A DNA stretch of 64,000 nucleotides, taken from the NCBI GenBank assembly GCA_965116885.1, contig OZ220741.1, forward strand, positions 3,008,001-3,072,000, given 5' to 3'. Position numbers and translations under genes: made by a program. Source of the DNA: Candidatus Latescibacterota bacterium. Lineage in GTDB: Bacteria > Latescibacterota > UBA2968. Positions 37,434 to 48,083 of this stretch are shown in pieces. The notes beneath the pieces are model-generated. The model was given only the letters and a program-made list of their open reading frames with translations, was not told the origin of the DNA and did not search any database. Every line of letters begins with the position of its first letter. Position 1 is the stretch's first letter.

Positions 37434-38663
37434 ATGTCCTGGATACTGATAAAGCTCGCGTGGAAGAATCTCTTTCGGCATAAACGCCGCTCCATTATTG
37501 CTGCAACAGCTATGGGAATTGGACTTGCGGCCCTTATCTTTGCCGATGCCCTCTGGTTGGGGATGGAGCGGAACATGGTCAAAACGGCGACGGCGTCATT
37601 TCTGGGAGATGCACAGATTCATCGGGAGGGGTTTTCCGACGAGCAAGCAGTTGAGTTGACGGTTAACCAACTCGATGCGGTGGTCGCCAATCTTCGACGG
37701 GAAGGTATCGTGGCGCACTTCACTTTGCGGACGTTCGCCTTTGGTATGATAACTTCACCGGCAACTGTTGCGGCGGTCAATCTCGTGGGTGTGGAACCAT
37801 CTACTGAGCAGTATCTGTCCCAAATTGACGATGCGATTGTTGAAGGCGCGTATTTTGAGGGATTAAATTCGCGGGATATTGTCATGGGCGAGGAACTCGC
37901 GGAACGCCTCGAGGTGGGATTAAATGACAGGATTGTCGTGACGATGGCGCAAGCCGGGAGCGGCGATCTCTCGCAGGAGATGTTTCGCGTTTCTGGAATT
38001 TATCGTTTTGCCGACGAGGGGATGAACAGCGGCATGGCGTTTATTCGATTGGGGAAGGCGCAGCAGATGCTCGCTCTCGGCGCGGGGGCGCATGAGATTG
38101 CGCTGAAGTTTATCGATTCGACATCAGCGGAGGATCAGAGCCTGCTGTTTTGGAAAACTTATTCGCAAGGGGGAAACAAAGCGCGCAGTTGGACAGAGGT
38201 TTTGCCAGAGGTGCAAGCGATGTTCGAGATGTCGAAGTTCAGCAAGTACATTATGGGCTTTGTGCTGTTTGGCGTGGTTGTTTTTGGCATTGTCAATACG
38301 CTGTTTATGTCGCTTTACGAACGGATGTTTGAATTTGGCGTGTTGCGCGCAATTGGCACGCGTCCGTTTGGCATGGCGCGGTTGATTCTGTTTGAGGCGG
38401 GGGCATTGGCAGTTCTGGGTATTATTTTGGGTACGATTTTTGGGTTCTGTGTCACTTTAATTTTTTCAACGATTGGCATTGACTATACGGGGATCGAGAT
38501 GATGGGCATCACTATGCAGGAGTTGATCTATCCGGATCTGCGTATCCAACCGTTTATTTTTTATTCGATCTGGATTTTTGTTTTTACAATTATCGCAGGG
38601 CTGTATCCGGCGCGGTCTGCGGCGAAGATGTCTGCGGCGACGGCGATGCGAAGAAGTTTTTGA
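37434..38663 (+). CDS. ABC transporter permease (LolE/FtsX-like)
   Basis: AWKNLFRHKRR, NTLFMSLYERMFEFGVLRAIG, YPARSA. Confidence 0.92.
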   Translation: MSWILIKLAWKNLFRHKRRSIIAATAMGIGLAALIFADALWLGMERNMVKTATASFLGDAQIHREGFSDEQAVELTVNQLDAVVANLRREGIVAHFTLRTFAFGMITSPATVAAVNLVGVEPSTEQYLSQIDDAIVEGAYFEGLNSRDIVMGEELAERLEVGLNDRIVVTMAQAGSGDLSQEMFRVSGIYRFADEGMNSGMAFIRLGKAQQMLALGAGAHEIALKFIDSTSAEDQSLLFWKTYSQGGNKARSWTEVLPEVQAMFEMSKFSKYIMGFVLFGVVVFGIVNTLFMSLYERMFEFGVLRAIGTRPFGMARLILFEAGALAVLGIILGTIFGFCVTLIFSTIGIDYTGIEMMGITMQELIYPDLRIQPFIFYSIWIFVFTIIAGLYPARSAAKMSAATAMRRSF

Positions 38664-38676
38664 AGAGGATATCGCG

Positions 38677-39366
38677 GTGTCTGTAATTGTGACAGAAGGG
38701 GTGACCAGAGTTTATTCGGACGATGGCGTGCCCGTTCACGCCTTGCGCGGGATTGATCTGTCCATTGAACGCGGCGAATTTGCGGCATTGGTTGGGCCGT
38801 CTGGGTCGGGGAAGACGACTTTTCTCAATATCATCTCTGGGCTGGATACACCAACAGATGGAAAGGTATGGCTCAATGGCAAACTTTTGTCGCGTATGAG
38901 TGGTAATGCGCTTTCGGATTTTCGGCGAGATAATATCGGTTTTGTCTTTCAAGCGTACAATTTGATTCCGGTGCTGACTGTCGAGGAGAATATCGAGTAT
39001 ATTATGCTCCTGCAAAAGGTGCCCAAATCCGTGCGGCACGAGCGCGTGCTGGCGATACTGGATGAGGTGGGATTAGGTGGGATGGCGAGTCGCAAGCCAC
39101 CGCAACTTTCGGGTGGGCAACAACAACGGGTTGCGATTGCGCGGGCTATGGTGTCTCAGCCAGCGATTATTCTGGCGGATGAACCGACGGCGAATCTCGA
39201 TTCAAAGATCGGCGCTGAGTTGCTCGATATGATGTATCGGCTCAATACGCAGACTGGAATGACATTTATTTTTTCTACGCACGATCCGATGGTGATGGCG
39301 CGCGCGAGGCGGCTGATTGCGCTGAAAGACGGAGAGATTGAGCGCGATGAGGTGAGGTCGCCATGA
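38677..39366 (+). CDS. ABC transporter ATP-binding protein (LolD-like)
   Basis: GPSGSGKT, LSGGQQQRVAIARA, ADEPTANLD; GTG 38677 follows GAGGA. Confidence 0.94.
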   Translation: MSVIVTEGVTRVYSDDGVPVHALRGIDLSIERGEFAALVGPSGSGKTTFLNIISGLDTPTDGKVWLNGKLLSRMSGNALSDFRRDNIGFVFQAYNLIPVLTVEENIEYIMLLQKVPKSVRHERVLAILDEVGLGGMASRKPPQLSGGQQQRVAIARAMVSQPAIILADEPTANLDSKIGAELLDMMYRLNTQTGMTFIFSTHDPMVMARARRLIALKDGEIERDEVRSP

Positions 39367-40532
39367 GATGGCTTGTTGGGGCAATGATTGTGTTTTTGCC
39401 ACAGGCTGTCACGGCTGTACAACTGAGTGGTTTTTACAAGAGTTTCTCCGTTGCCTTTGATCCGCCGCAGGTGGGCGATCCCGTGACTGGTATGGTGAGT
39501 AATCGGCTGCGGTTCAATCTCGCCAATTCGTTCAGTGAGCACCTGTCGTTTGATCTCTCCTACGACTTTATCCTGCGTATTCAGAATGAGAACCAGGCGG
39601 AGATTCTTACTATTGATCCGCACGATTATCGCGTTGCCGATCTGGATTCGCCTATTTATCCCGGCGATAATGATCCCATCGGTAGCGTTGGCGTGTTTCA
39701 AAACCTCGACCGCGCCAGTGTGACAGCGCGTTTGCCTTTTGCAGATGTGATTGTCGGGCGTCAGGCGATTGCGTGGGGAAGTGCGCGGGTCGTCAATCCG
39801 ACGGATGTGATCGCGCCGTTTACCTATAGCGAGTTGGATACGGAAGACCGACCTGGTGTCGATGCCGTGCGCGTACGCGTCCCGGTTGGAGCACTGAGCG
39901 AAGTCGATGTGGGGTATGTGTTTGGACGGGACTTCGCGGTTGATCGGAGTGCGTTTTTTGTTCGCGGTCAATTCAATGCGGTGGAGACCGATGTGTCGCC
40001 TCTGGTCATTCGTTTCCGCGAGCAGTTGCTCCTGGGTCTTGATGTTGCGCGTGGGATTGGAAGTGTTGGGGCGTGGATAGAGGGTGCCCGCGTTTTTACG
40101 ATGGGACGAGATGCGAGCGACTATTTTCGCGTATCTACGGGCATGGATTACAGTTTCGGTGGCGAGACTTATGGATTCATCGAATACCACTTCAACGGAG
40201 CGGGGGTGCGCGATCGTGAAGATTATCTCGTCAACTTAGATCGCCCGGCATATCGCGATGCTGCTGTCTATCTTATGGGCACCCACTACCTCGCGCTCGG
40301 TATCACCCATCAACTCACGCCGCTGGTCGCGTTGAGTGGGCAGTTTCTCGCCAATGTCACTGATTCGTCGTTCTTTTTTTCACCTGCGATTGAATACAAT
40401 ATCGCGCAGGATTTCTATCTTTCTGCAGGTGCGTTTATAGGTATTGGTGATCGCCCGAAATCCGAGCATTTTCAATCTGAGTTTGGCGGGTATTCCAATA
40501 TCCTGTTTTTTTCGTTCCGGATTTACTACTGA
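39363..40532 (+). CDS. Putative outer-membrane beta-barrel protein
   Basis: Signal peptide, GRQAIAWG...NPTD, alternating beta-strand pattern, aromatic C-terminus (FRIYY). Confidence 0.65.
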   Translation: MRWLVGAMIVFLPQAVTAVQLSGFYKSFSVAFDPPQVGDPVTGMVSNRLRFNLANSFSEHLSFDLSYDFILRIQNENQAEILTIDPHDYRVADLDSPIYPGDNDPIGSVGVFQNLDRASVTARLPFADVIVGRQAIAWGSARVVNPTDVIAPFTYSELDTEDRPGVDAVRVRVPVGALSEVDVGYVFGRDFAVDRSAFFVRGQFNAVETDVSPLVIRFREQLLLGLDVARGIGSVGAWIEGARVFTMGRDASDYFRVSTGMDYSFGGETYGFIEYHFNGAGVRDREDYLVNLDRPAYRDAAVYLMGTHYLALGITHQLTPLVALSGQFLANVTDSSFFFSPAIEYNIAQDFYLSAGAFIGIGDRPKSEHFQSEFGGYSNILFFSFRIYY

Positions 40533-40639
40533 TTGCAATTCAGACTTTTATCATTTTTCTTGACTTCACCATCACAAGGCGTTTTCATATCAGCGCAGAT
40601 GAGATAACTGACAACAGTTTTTTATCAGGAGGTAATACA

Positions 40640-41503
40640 ATGCATGTGGGTATGCGAATCCCGCCGATGGGGCGGGAAATGGGGTTGGAGGGCATTATTC
40701 AGTGGGCAGCAGAAAATGGTTTGGGATCAATTGATTTGCCCGAAGTAGATGCTGAAATTCGCAAGCTGTGTGATAGTGCTGAGATTGGGATTGGCACTGT
40801 GGATTGGGGGGCAGGTGGTGGGTTGTTGAGCAAAGATGATGGTGCGCGAGAAGAAGCTGTGGCCGCGATGAAAGCGCGCATTCAGGCGGTTGGCGCATAC
40901 GGTTCAGGGGTGATTTTTTTGTGTTTGGCTCCAGACGACCGATTGCAGGCTCGGGCTGAGACGTTTGAGGTGTTTAAGCAGGTTTATCCAGAGATTGTGA
41001 AAGAGGCAGAAGCACACGAGGTTTTTCTGGCGATTGAACCCTGGCCTGGACCGGCTCCTGCGTATCCGAATTTGGGTTGTACGCCCGAGACCTTGCGGGC
41101 GGTGTTTGAGGTTGTTCCGTCGCCCAATCTGGGGATTTGTTACGATCCGTCGCATTTTGCACGCATCGGCGTCGATTACAAGCGGTTGCTGATGGAGTTT
41201 GGCAGCCGGGTGCGGCATGTGCATGCAAAGGATACCGAGTTGTTGGCGGATGGGCTGTACGAGTTTGGCTGTCTGGGTCAATCGTTTGGTCAGCGCTACG
41301 GTTATGGCGAGGGATGGTGGCGTTATTGCATTCCCGGGTGGGGCGTGGTGGATTGGAAATGGGTGATTGCGCGTCTGGAAGAATTGGGCTATGACGGGCC
41401 GCTGGCCATTGAATTGGAAGATCATCGCTACAGCGGCAGTGCCGAAAAGAATGCAGCGGGTATTTTGGCTGCGAAAAGCTATCTCGAAGATATTTTGGGA
41501 TGA
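40640..41503 (+). CDS. Sugar phosphate isomerase/epimerase (AP endonuclease 2 TIM barrel)
   Basis: AIEPW, YDPSH, HVHAKD, PGWGVVDW, YDGPLAIELED. Confidence 0.88.
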   Translation: MHVGMRIPPMGREMGLEGIIQWAAENGLGSIDLPEVDAEIRKLCDSAEIGIGTVDWGAGGGLLSKDDGAREEAVAAMKARIQAVGAYGSGVIFLCLAPDDRLQARAETFEVFKQVYPEIVKEAEAHEVFLAIEPWPGPAPAYPNLGCTPETLRAVFEVVPSPNLGICYDPSHFARIGVDYKRLLMEFGSRVRHVHAKDTELLADGLYEFGCLGQSFGQRYGYGEGWWRYCIPGWGVVDWKWVIARLEELGYDGPLAIELEDHRYSGSAEKNAAGILAAKSYLEDILG

Positions 41504-41518
41504 AGTGCTCGATAAGGC

Positions 41519-41556
41519 AAAGCCCCCACAAGCGATGTGCTGTGGGGGCTTTTTGT
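41519..41556. terminator. Probable bidirectional intrinsic terminator
   Basis: AAAGCCCCCACA...TGTGGGGGCTTTT between convergent genes. Confidence 0.8.
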
Positions 41557-41570
41557 TTTTTAAGCAGTGC

Positions 41571-42458
41571 TTAACCCGATAGGGCGCGTTTCATTGTTGC
41601 GCCCATTTCGGCGGGGCTTTCGCACACGTGAATGCCGGCTTCACGAAGCGCGGCCATTTTGTCGGCGGCGGTGCCCTGTCCGCCAGAGATAATCGCGCCC
41701 GCATGTCCCATGCGTCGCCCCGGGGGCGCTGTTTGACCCGCGATAAAACTGACCACGGGTTTGTCAAAGTGCGCTTTGACATAAGCGGCGGCTTCTTCTT
41801 CGGCGGTGCCGCCAATTTCACCGATCATGATGACGGCGTCTGTGTCGGGGTCGTCCTTGAAGAGCGCGAGGCAGTCTGTAAAGGTTGTGCCAATGATGGG
41901 GTCTCCGCCAATGCCCACACACGACGATTGACCAAAGCCACTATCGGTGAGTTGGGAGACCGCTTCATAGGTGAGTGTGCCGCTGCGCGAAATGACGCCA
42001 ATGCGACCTTCTCTGTGAATCGCGCCGGGCATAATGCCGATTTTGCACTTGCCCGGAGAAATCAGGCCCGGACAATTGGGGCCGATCAAGCGCGTGTTTT
42101 TATCTGCCAGATAGTGTTTGGCTTTTAGCATGTCGAGTACGGGTATGTTCTCGGAGATGCAAACGACCAGAGGTAGGCCTGCATCGGCTGCTTCCATGAT
42201 GGTGTCTGCTGCAAAGGGCGCGGGAACAAAATTGGCCGATGCCGTGGCACCTGTTTGTTCTGCGGCATCGGATACCGTGTCAAAAACGGGTATGCCATCC
42301 ACGCTCTCGCCGCCTTTGCCCGCGTTGACCACGCCGACGATTTGCGTGCCGTAATCTACCATTTGCTCCAGATGAAATCGCGCTTCGCCACCCATTGCTC
42401 TGCTGCTGGAAAAGCTCTGGATGATTACGCGGGTGTTGTTGTCAATGAGGATGCTCAT
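41571..42458 (-). CDS. sucD: Succinyl-CoA synthetase alpha subunit
   Basis: [34 protein letters not shown]. Confidence 0.96.
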   Translation of the reverse strand: MSILIDNNTRVIIQSFSSSRAMGGEARFHLEQMVDYGTQIVGVVNAGKGGESVDGIPVFDTVSDAAEQTGATASANFVPAPFAADTIMEAADAGLPLVVCISENIPVLDMLKAKHYLADKNTRLIGPNCPGLISPGKCKIGIMPGAIHREGRIGVISRSGTLTYEAVSQLTDSGFGQSSCVGIGGDPIIGTTFTDCLALFKDDPDTDAVIMIGEIGGTAEEEAAAYVKAHFDKPVVSFIAGQTAPPGRRMGHAGAIISGGQGTAADKMAALREAGIHVCESPAEMGATMKRALSG

Positions 42459-42476
42459 AAAATCTCCAGTATTCGT

Positions 42477-43157
42477 TTATTCAAGGATTCTTTCTTCGAT
42501 TGTGCCATCTGTTTTGCCGATGATGATGCGGTCAGTCAGGCCAATGAAAAGACCGCATTCGACCACGCCGCACAAGGCGTTGATTTTTTTTTCGAGTGTG
42601 GGAGGATCGTCAATGCGACCAAAGTCGCAATCAATGATATAATTGCCGTTGTCTGTGACAAAAGGCATGTTGTCCTGTGCGTTGCGAAGTGTGGGTTGAC
42701 AGCCCAGGTCTGCGAGTTGGCGTTGTATGGCTTGCCAGCCAAATGGGATGACCTCAACGGGTAGGGGAAAAGCTCCCAGGTGTACTACTGTTTTGGATTC
42801 GTCGGCGACAATGATTTCCCTGTCGGATAGAGATGCGACGATTTTTTCTCGCAAAAGCGCGCCGCCGCCACCTTTTATGAGGTTAAAGTCCGGGTCAAAT
42901 TCATCCGCGCCGTCAATGGTCAGATCAATGCGGGTAACTTTGCCGAAGTCGGTGAGTGGGATATTTTCAGATTCAGCCTGAATGCGCGATTGCTCTGAGG
43001 TGGGTATGCCGCATATATCGAGTCCTTCAGCGATGCGCTGGCCGAGTTTTTGAATTGCAAAAAAAGCCGTTGATCCCGTGCCCAGACCGACGACCATGCC
43101 ATCTTCGACATATTCGGCAGCCCGTTCTCCTGCCAATTGTTTTGGGTGAATTGTCAT
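42477..43157 (-). CDS. rpiA: Ribose-5-phosphate isomerase A
   Basis: GLGTGST, DGADE, KGGGGALLREK, TDNGN, GVVECGLF. Confidence 0.96.
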   Translation of the reverse strand: MTIHPKQLAGERAAEYVEDGMVVGLGTGSTAFFAIQKLGQRIAEGLDICGIPTSEQSRIQAESENIPLTDFGKVTRIDLTIDGADEFDPDFNLIKGGGGALLREKIVASLSDREIIVADESKTVVHLGAFPLPVEVIPFGWQAIQRQLADLGCQPTLRNAQDNMPFVTDNGNYIIDCDFGRIDDPPTLEKKINALCGVVECGLFIGLTDRIIIGKTDGTIEERILE

Positions 43158-43321
43158 GGCTCTCCCATTTCGAAATGTGAAAAGATAAACGCAATATAAT
43201 AATTTGGCAATAATTTTGACCCACACGGGCGCGATATTTTTCTATTTATTTTTTTTAAAAATTGTCATACTCTATCAAATAGGCAGGACAAAGTTGAATA
43301 TGATTAAATTCGGAGAAAAAT

Positions 43322-44158
43322 ATGGCTTATCGCACATTGGAAGACTTTTTTGGTGATATTGTGGGGAAAGCGCGTCGGGGACAGGGGATTTCGGAATCGG
43401 AACTGGCGCAACAGGTGGGGCTTAGTGTTCGAGAAATCGGGCAAATAGAATCGTACGAGTTGACACCTGACGATCAGACCATTTGCCGACTTGCAGACAC
43501 GCTTCATCTCAATGGCGAAAAACTGGTGGAAGTGGCGCGTGGATGGGTGCCAGCGCAGGGCAATGCGGCGTTTGAAGATGAGAATATGCGGGTTGACCGA
43601 TTGATTCTCGATGCGGGCATGACGGTGAATTGTTATGTGCTAATATGCAAGACATCGAGTAAAGGGGCCGTGATTGATCCCGGTGGGCAGGCGCAGTTGA
43701 TTTTGGATGCGATAGCCGATGTACAGGTGACGCACATTTTGCTCACACACGGGCATGGTGATCACGTTGGGGCACTCGAAGCAGTTGCCGATGCGACACA
43801 GGCGCAGGTATGTGGTTGCGATCGCGATTTTGCGTTGATGGGCGGGCGCAGCCAGCGGGTGACTGAACGCGTGGATGAGGGCTGGCAAACAGCGGTTGGC
43901 GAACTCGGTATTGATACAGTGAGTTTGCCCGGGCATACAGGCGGTGGCATTGGTTATTATACTGCGCCCGTATTTTTTTCGGGCGATGCGCTATTTGCGG
44001 GCTCTCTGGGAGGGGCGAGGGGAGATGCCTACCGAGGGCAAATTCAGGCTGTGCGTGCAAAGGTACTCTCTCTGCCAGAGGAAACGACTATTTTCCCCGG
44101 TCATGGTCCGATTACGTCTGTAGTGCAAGAACTGGCGCACAATCCCTATTTTGTTTGA
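43322..44158 (+). CDS. MBL-fold metallo-hydrolase (glyoxalase II-like) with N-terminal XRE-type HTH
   Basis: KARRGQGISESELAQQVGLS..IGQIE; THGHGDH, PGHT, GDALF, PGHGP. Confidence 0.88.
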   Translation: MAYRTLEDFFGDIVGKARRGQGISESELAQQVGLSVREIGQIESYELTPDDQTICRLADTLHLNGEKLVEVARGWVPAQGNAAFEDENMRVDRLILDAGMTVNCYVLICKTSSKGAVIDPGGQAQLILDAIADVQVTHILLTHGHGDHVGALEAVADATQAQVCGCDRDFALMGGRSQRVTERVDEGWQTAVGELGIDTVSLPGHTGGGIGYYTAPVFFSGDALFAGSLGGARGDAYRGQIQAVRAKVLSLPEETTIFPGHGPITSVVQELAHNPYFV

Positions 44159-44178
44159 AAAGAATCCGGGAACCTTTT

Positions 44179-44376
44179 TTATTCTTTTTCGGATGCCTGG
44201 GTTTCAACCCATTGTCCAATGGCCTGGCGAATGGATTCGACAGCGGCTTTTTTGCGCTCAAGGCGGTCAATATGCACGCGTAGCTGATCAATTTGTGCGT
44301 CGAGATCTCGAAGTTCACCATTTGCGGCTTCAAGTGCTTGTTGGTACAGGGGTTCGCTATGGGTCGGTTCTGCCAT
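44179..44376 (-). CDS. Small coiled-coil hypothetical protein
   Basis: RBS AAGGAG; heptad pattern LRDLDAQIDQLRVHIDRLE. Confidence 0.65.
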   Translation of the reverse strand: MAEPTHSEPLYQQALEAANGELRDLDAQIDQLRVHIDRLERKKAAVESIRQAIGQWVETQASEKE

Positions 44377-44720
44377 GAATTAAGCTCCTTGTAATAAAAA
44401 AATAGAATACGCGATTCAGCTAAACATAACTTGTGTGGCCTTGTGTCGAAAAAGTCCGCTCGTTGTTGGTTTGGGAAAACGGTGTATTTTTTTGTCTTTA
44501 CAACCCGTTACAATTTATTACAATTTTCATGGGAACGAAGTGGTTTAGATGGTTGTTTAATGCTGTAAATTACAGATTCTTAGAGATATGCAACTTTCTT
44601 TTGATTCACGCATTTAAAAAAAAAGTAGTAAATTCCAATATATAGTGGGCGTTGAGAGTATGTCAACGCTGTCTCACAAGGATATTTCTCACAGTTGATT
44701 CCGTCGCAAAGGAGCTAAAC

Positions 44721-47700
44721 ATGGCTCGGTGGTATCGTCTTTTCGCGCGAAACGCAATATTCGTCCTCATTTTGGGGGTTTCAACCTCTGCTTTCGGACA
44801 GGAATATTTTGGCAAAAACAAGGTGAATTACAGCCAGTATGCATGGCATTATATCGACAGTGAACACTTCACGGTTTATTTTGACAAGGGTTCACTGGGG
44901 CTGGCCGAGTTTGTTGCCAAAGAAGCCGAAAGATCACTGGTACACATTGAGAAAACGCTGAAATATACGATGAAGGATCGCTATCCCATTGTTATTTACA
45001 ATTCTCACAATGGATTTTCAGTGTCGAATATTATTAGCGGGGAACAGTCTGAGTTTACGGGCGGATATACCGAATTTGCACAGGGGCGCGTGGTGATTCC
45101 CTTTACGGGGTCTTATGGAGATTTGCAGCACGTTATCCATCACGAACTCGTTCACGCTGTTACAATTGAGTTGTGGACCGGTGGGGGCTGGTTGGGATCT
45201 CTGGTTTCGCAGACATCGACATTGCCTCCGCTGTGGATTGCCGAGGGTATTGCCGAGTACGTATCTCGATATGGCTGGCATAAGGAGCACGATAATTTTA
45301 TGCGCGATGCAACCATTACCGGATATGTGCCGACTATCGAAATGATGTCCCTGAGTTATTTTGCCTATCCCGGTGGCAATTCAGTTTTTTACATGATAGA
45401 ACAGGAATATGGGAAGGATAAGGTAGCGTCCTTTATTTCTTCTTTCCGCACGGCCAAAACCCCCGATAAAGCACTCAAAGCATCTCTGGGGTTTGGGATG
45501 AAGGAATTGGAGGAAAAATATCAATTGTGGCTCAAGCGGCAATACTGGAATGAGATCAATTTGCGCCATACGCCCAAAGAGATGGCAACAAATTTGACAG
45601 AGCGCGAAGATAGGCGTTCGTCGTATAATTTATCTGCTGCGTTATCTCCACAAGGCGACAAGGTTGCGTATTTGACCGACCGAAATGGCACGTTTGATAT
45701 TTATTTGATGTCGGCGATTGACGGCAAAGACCTGGGGCGTTTGGTCGAAGGGCAAAAGTCGTCTGCTTTTGAGTCGATGTTTGTTTTGCGGCCCGGATTT
45801 ACCTGGTCTCCGGATGGTCGGCATATTGCATTCGCTGCCAAATCGAATAATAAAAATACCCTGTATATCCTCGAAGTAAAAAATAAACAAATTCGCAAGC
45901 GATTTAAGTTTGATCTCGATGGCTTGTTTGAACCTACCTGGTCGCCCGATGGAGAAAAAATTGCCGTCGCGGGTATTAAAGATGGCTGGTCTGATATCTA
46001 TGTGGTCGATTTGAACGACGAGTCGCTTACGCGGCTTACAAATGATCCCTATGACGAGCGGCATTTGGATTGGTCGCCCGATGGCACATGGATCGCCATG
46101 AGTTCAGATCGTCCCGATACCCATTTGACGTTCAGCGGGGGGAAGGATTTTGCTTTCGGTCAGTACGACATTTTTTTGATGCGTACAGATGGCTCTGAAA
46201 TGCGCCGCATTGTCGCGTCTGAAGACGCCGAAGATTCACACCCCGTGTGGGGTGCCGATAGCAAACACATTGCCTTTGTTTCCGACCGCACGGGTGTAGG
46301 CAATATCTATATTGCAAATGTTGACAGTACGCAGAAGATATATCCCATTACCAATCTGCTATCGGGGGCGCAATATATCGATTGGTCAGCCGATGGCAAA
46401 AAGATCGTGTTCAATGCGTTTCACAAGGGTGCCCTGGATATATTTGTGATGCGCGACCCGCTCGCACAGCGAAAAGAAATGGCTGATTTGCCGCGTACCC
46501 GGTTTGTCAAGCGCCTTGCCGGCGAAGATGAAAAGATGTTTGTCGAGTTGCAAAAAGAAAAATACGAGAGCCGCAAGATAGCCAAAGTAGAAGCCGATAG
46601 TACCGCGGTTGATTCGACAGCAGAAAAAACAGAGAAGAAAGTGGCGCAGTGGATTTCCGATCAGGAAGCGCTTGCAGCGGCAGAGAGCGCACCTGCAGAT
46701 AGTACGGCTGAGATCGATACCACGCATCCGGTCGCAGGCAGTCCAGAAATGGCCGATACTGGCAAACAAGGGGTTAAAAACTGGGGCGAAAAGGAATTTC
46801 AGGTTAAGAAGTACAAGCTAAAATTCAAGCCTGAACTGTTTGGTGCACAGGCGGGATTTGATACGTTCTACGGCGTGAGCAGCTCTATTGTATTGTCCAT
46901 GAGTGATGTGATGGGCGATCACCGCGCCACGTTGGTGACGAGTTTGAATTTTTCGCTCAAAGACAGCGACTTTCTGCTTGCTTATGCCTATTTGAAGAAT
47001 CGCACAAATTACGGTGCGCAGCTTTTTCACACGCGGTTCTTCTTCTTTGATAATACAGGTCGTCTGACTGCGGATCGATATTATGGGCTTTCTGGGATGC
47101 TCGAGCGGCCATTTAATCGGTTTGCCCGTTTGGAACTCAGTACGCGTTTTGTATCTGTTGATCGCGAAGAGGTGTTTACGGATATCAACAATTATTTGTA
47201 TCAGCCGGGCTTTCGCGGCGTTGGGCGGTTTTCGAGCCAATTGATCGAACGTCGTCGGGCGGCTATCGGCGAAGTGGCTCTGGTGGGCGATAGCGCGCTG
47301 TACAGTTTGTTTGGCGCGGTAGATGGGCATCGCTATCGGTTGAATTTTGAAGGTTCCGGCGTGGGCATGGAATTTGCCACATTTACGCTGGATTATCGTA
47401 AATATATGCGGTTGTTGAACGAATATACCTTTGCCATCCGGATGTCGGGTGGGACGAGTTATGGCCCCAACAGCACTATGTTTTTCTTGGGCGGTGTGAA
47501 CAATCCGGTCAATCCGACATTTTCAACCATTGCCAGTGTTGATCAGAGTCGCGTATTTTTCTCTTCTTACGTTTGGCCCCTGCGCGGCGCGAGATTGCTC
47601 GAAATGGCGGGCGATTCTTATGTGCTGGCCAATGTCGCATTCCGGTTCCCGCTCATCCGGCAATTGGCTATGGGCTGGCCTTTGCCGTTTTTCTTCCAGA

Positions 47701-47990
47701 ATGTGCAGGGTGAATTGTTCTTCGACATCGGGGGAGCATTTAACCGCGTCAATTGGAGAGACGGATGGGTCTCCAGGGATGGGGGGTTTGAGCTCAATGT
47801 CCCGCAGCACTTTCGCAGCGGATCGAGACATGGACTACCAAAACCTCAAATGGCTGCCGGATACGGGTTTGGCGTGCGGGTAAATTTGGGTTATTTCCTG
47901 TTCAGATACGATCTGGCCTGGCCTACGGATCTCGCCGAAACATACCATCCACACCAGTATTTCTCAATTGATTTCACGGGTTTGTTCTAA
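44721..47990 (+). CDS. Omp85/BamA-family protein with N-terminal zincin-like domain and PD40 (TolB-like) repeats
   Basis: Signal peptide; HHELVH...WIAEGIAEY; repeated WSPDG; DYRKY, PLRG, YGFGVR, terminal Phe; ATG follows AAGGAG. Confidence 0.85.
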   Translation: MARWYRLFARNAIFVLILGVSTSAFGQEYFGKNKVNYSQYAWHYIDSEHFTVYFDKGSLGLAEFVAKEAERSLVHIEKTLKYTMKDRYPIVIYNSHNGFSVSNIISGEQSEFTGGYTEFAQGRVVIPFTGSYGDLQHVIHHELVHAVTIELWTGGGWLGSLVSQTSTLPPLWIAEGIAEYVSRYGWHKEHDNFMRDATITGYVPTIEMMSLSYFAYPGGNSVFYMIEQEYGKDKVASFISSFRTAKTPDKALKASLGFGMKELEEKYQLWLKRQYWNEINLRHTPKEMATNLTEREDRRSSYNLSAALSPQGDKVAYLTDRNGTFDIYLMSAIDGKDLGRLVEGQKSSAFESMFVLRPGFTWSPDGRHIAFAAKSNNKNTLYILEVKNKQIRKRFKFDLDGLFEPTWSPDGEKIAVAGIKDGWSDIYVVDLNDESLTRLTNDPYDERHLDWSPDGTWIAMSSDRPDTHLTFSGGKDFAFGQYDIFLMRTDGSEMRRIVASEDAEDSHPVWGADSKHIAFVSDRTGVGNIYIANVDSTQKIYPITNLLSGAQYIDWSADGKKIVFNAFHKGALDIFVMRDPLAQRKEMADLPRTRFVKRLAGEDEKMFVELQKEKYESRKIAKVEADSTAVDSTAEKTEKKVAQWISDQEALAAAESAPADSTAEIDTTHPVAGSPEMADTGKQGVKNWGEKEFQVKKYKLKFKPELFGAQAGFDTFYGVSSSIVLSMSDVMGDHRATLVTSLNFSLKDSDFLLAYAYLKNRTNYGAQLFHTRFFFFDNTGRLTADRYYGLSGMLERPFNRFARLELSTRFVSVDREEVFTDINNYLYQPGFRGVGRFSSQLIERRRAAIGEVALVGDSALYSLFGAVDGHRYRLNFEGSGVGMEFATFTLDYRKYMRLLNEYTFAIRMSGGTSYGPNSTMFFLGGVNNPVNPTFSTIASVDQSRVFFSSYVWPLRGARLLEMAGDSYVLANVAFRFPLIRQLAMGWPLPFFFQNVQGELFFDIGGAFNRVNWRDGWVSRDGGFELNVPQHFRSGSRHGLPKPQMAAGYGFGVRVNLGYFLFRYDLAWPTDLAETYHPHQYFSIDFTGLF

Positions 47991-48050
47991 TCTGCAGATG
48001 GACACAGATAAAAGGCGAGATTGAGTTTAGGGTTGGATAGAAAACCGATG

Positions 48051-48083
48051 AGGAGAGGCGTGCTGTACGTCTCTCCTTTTTTT
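48051..48083 (+). terminator. Intrinsic terminator
   Basis: AGGAGAGGCGT...ACGTCTCTCCT followed by a T tract. Confidence 0.7.
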
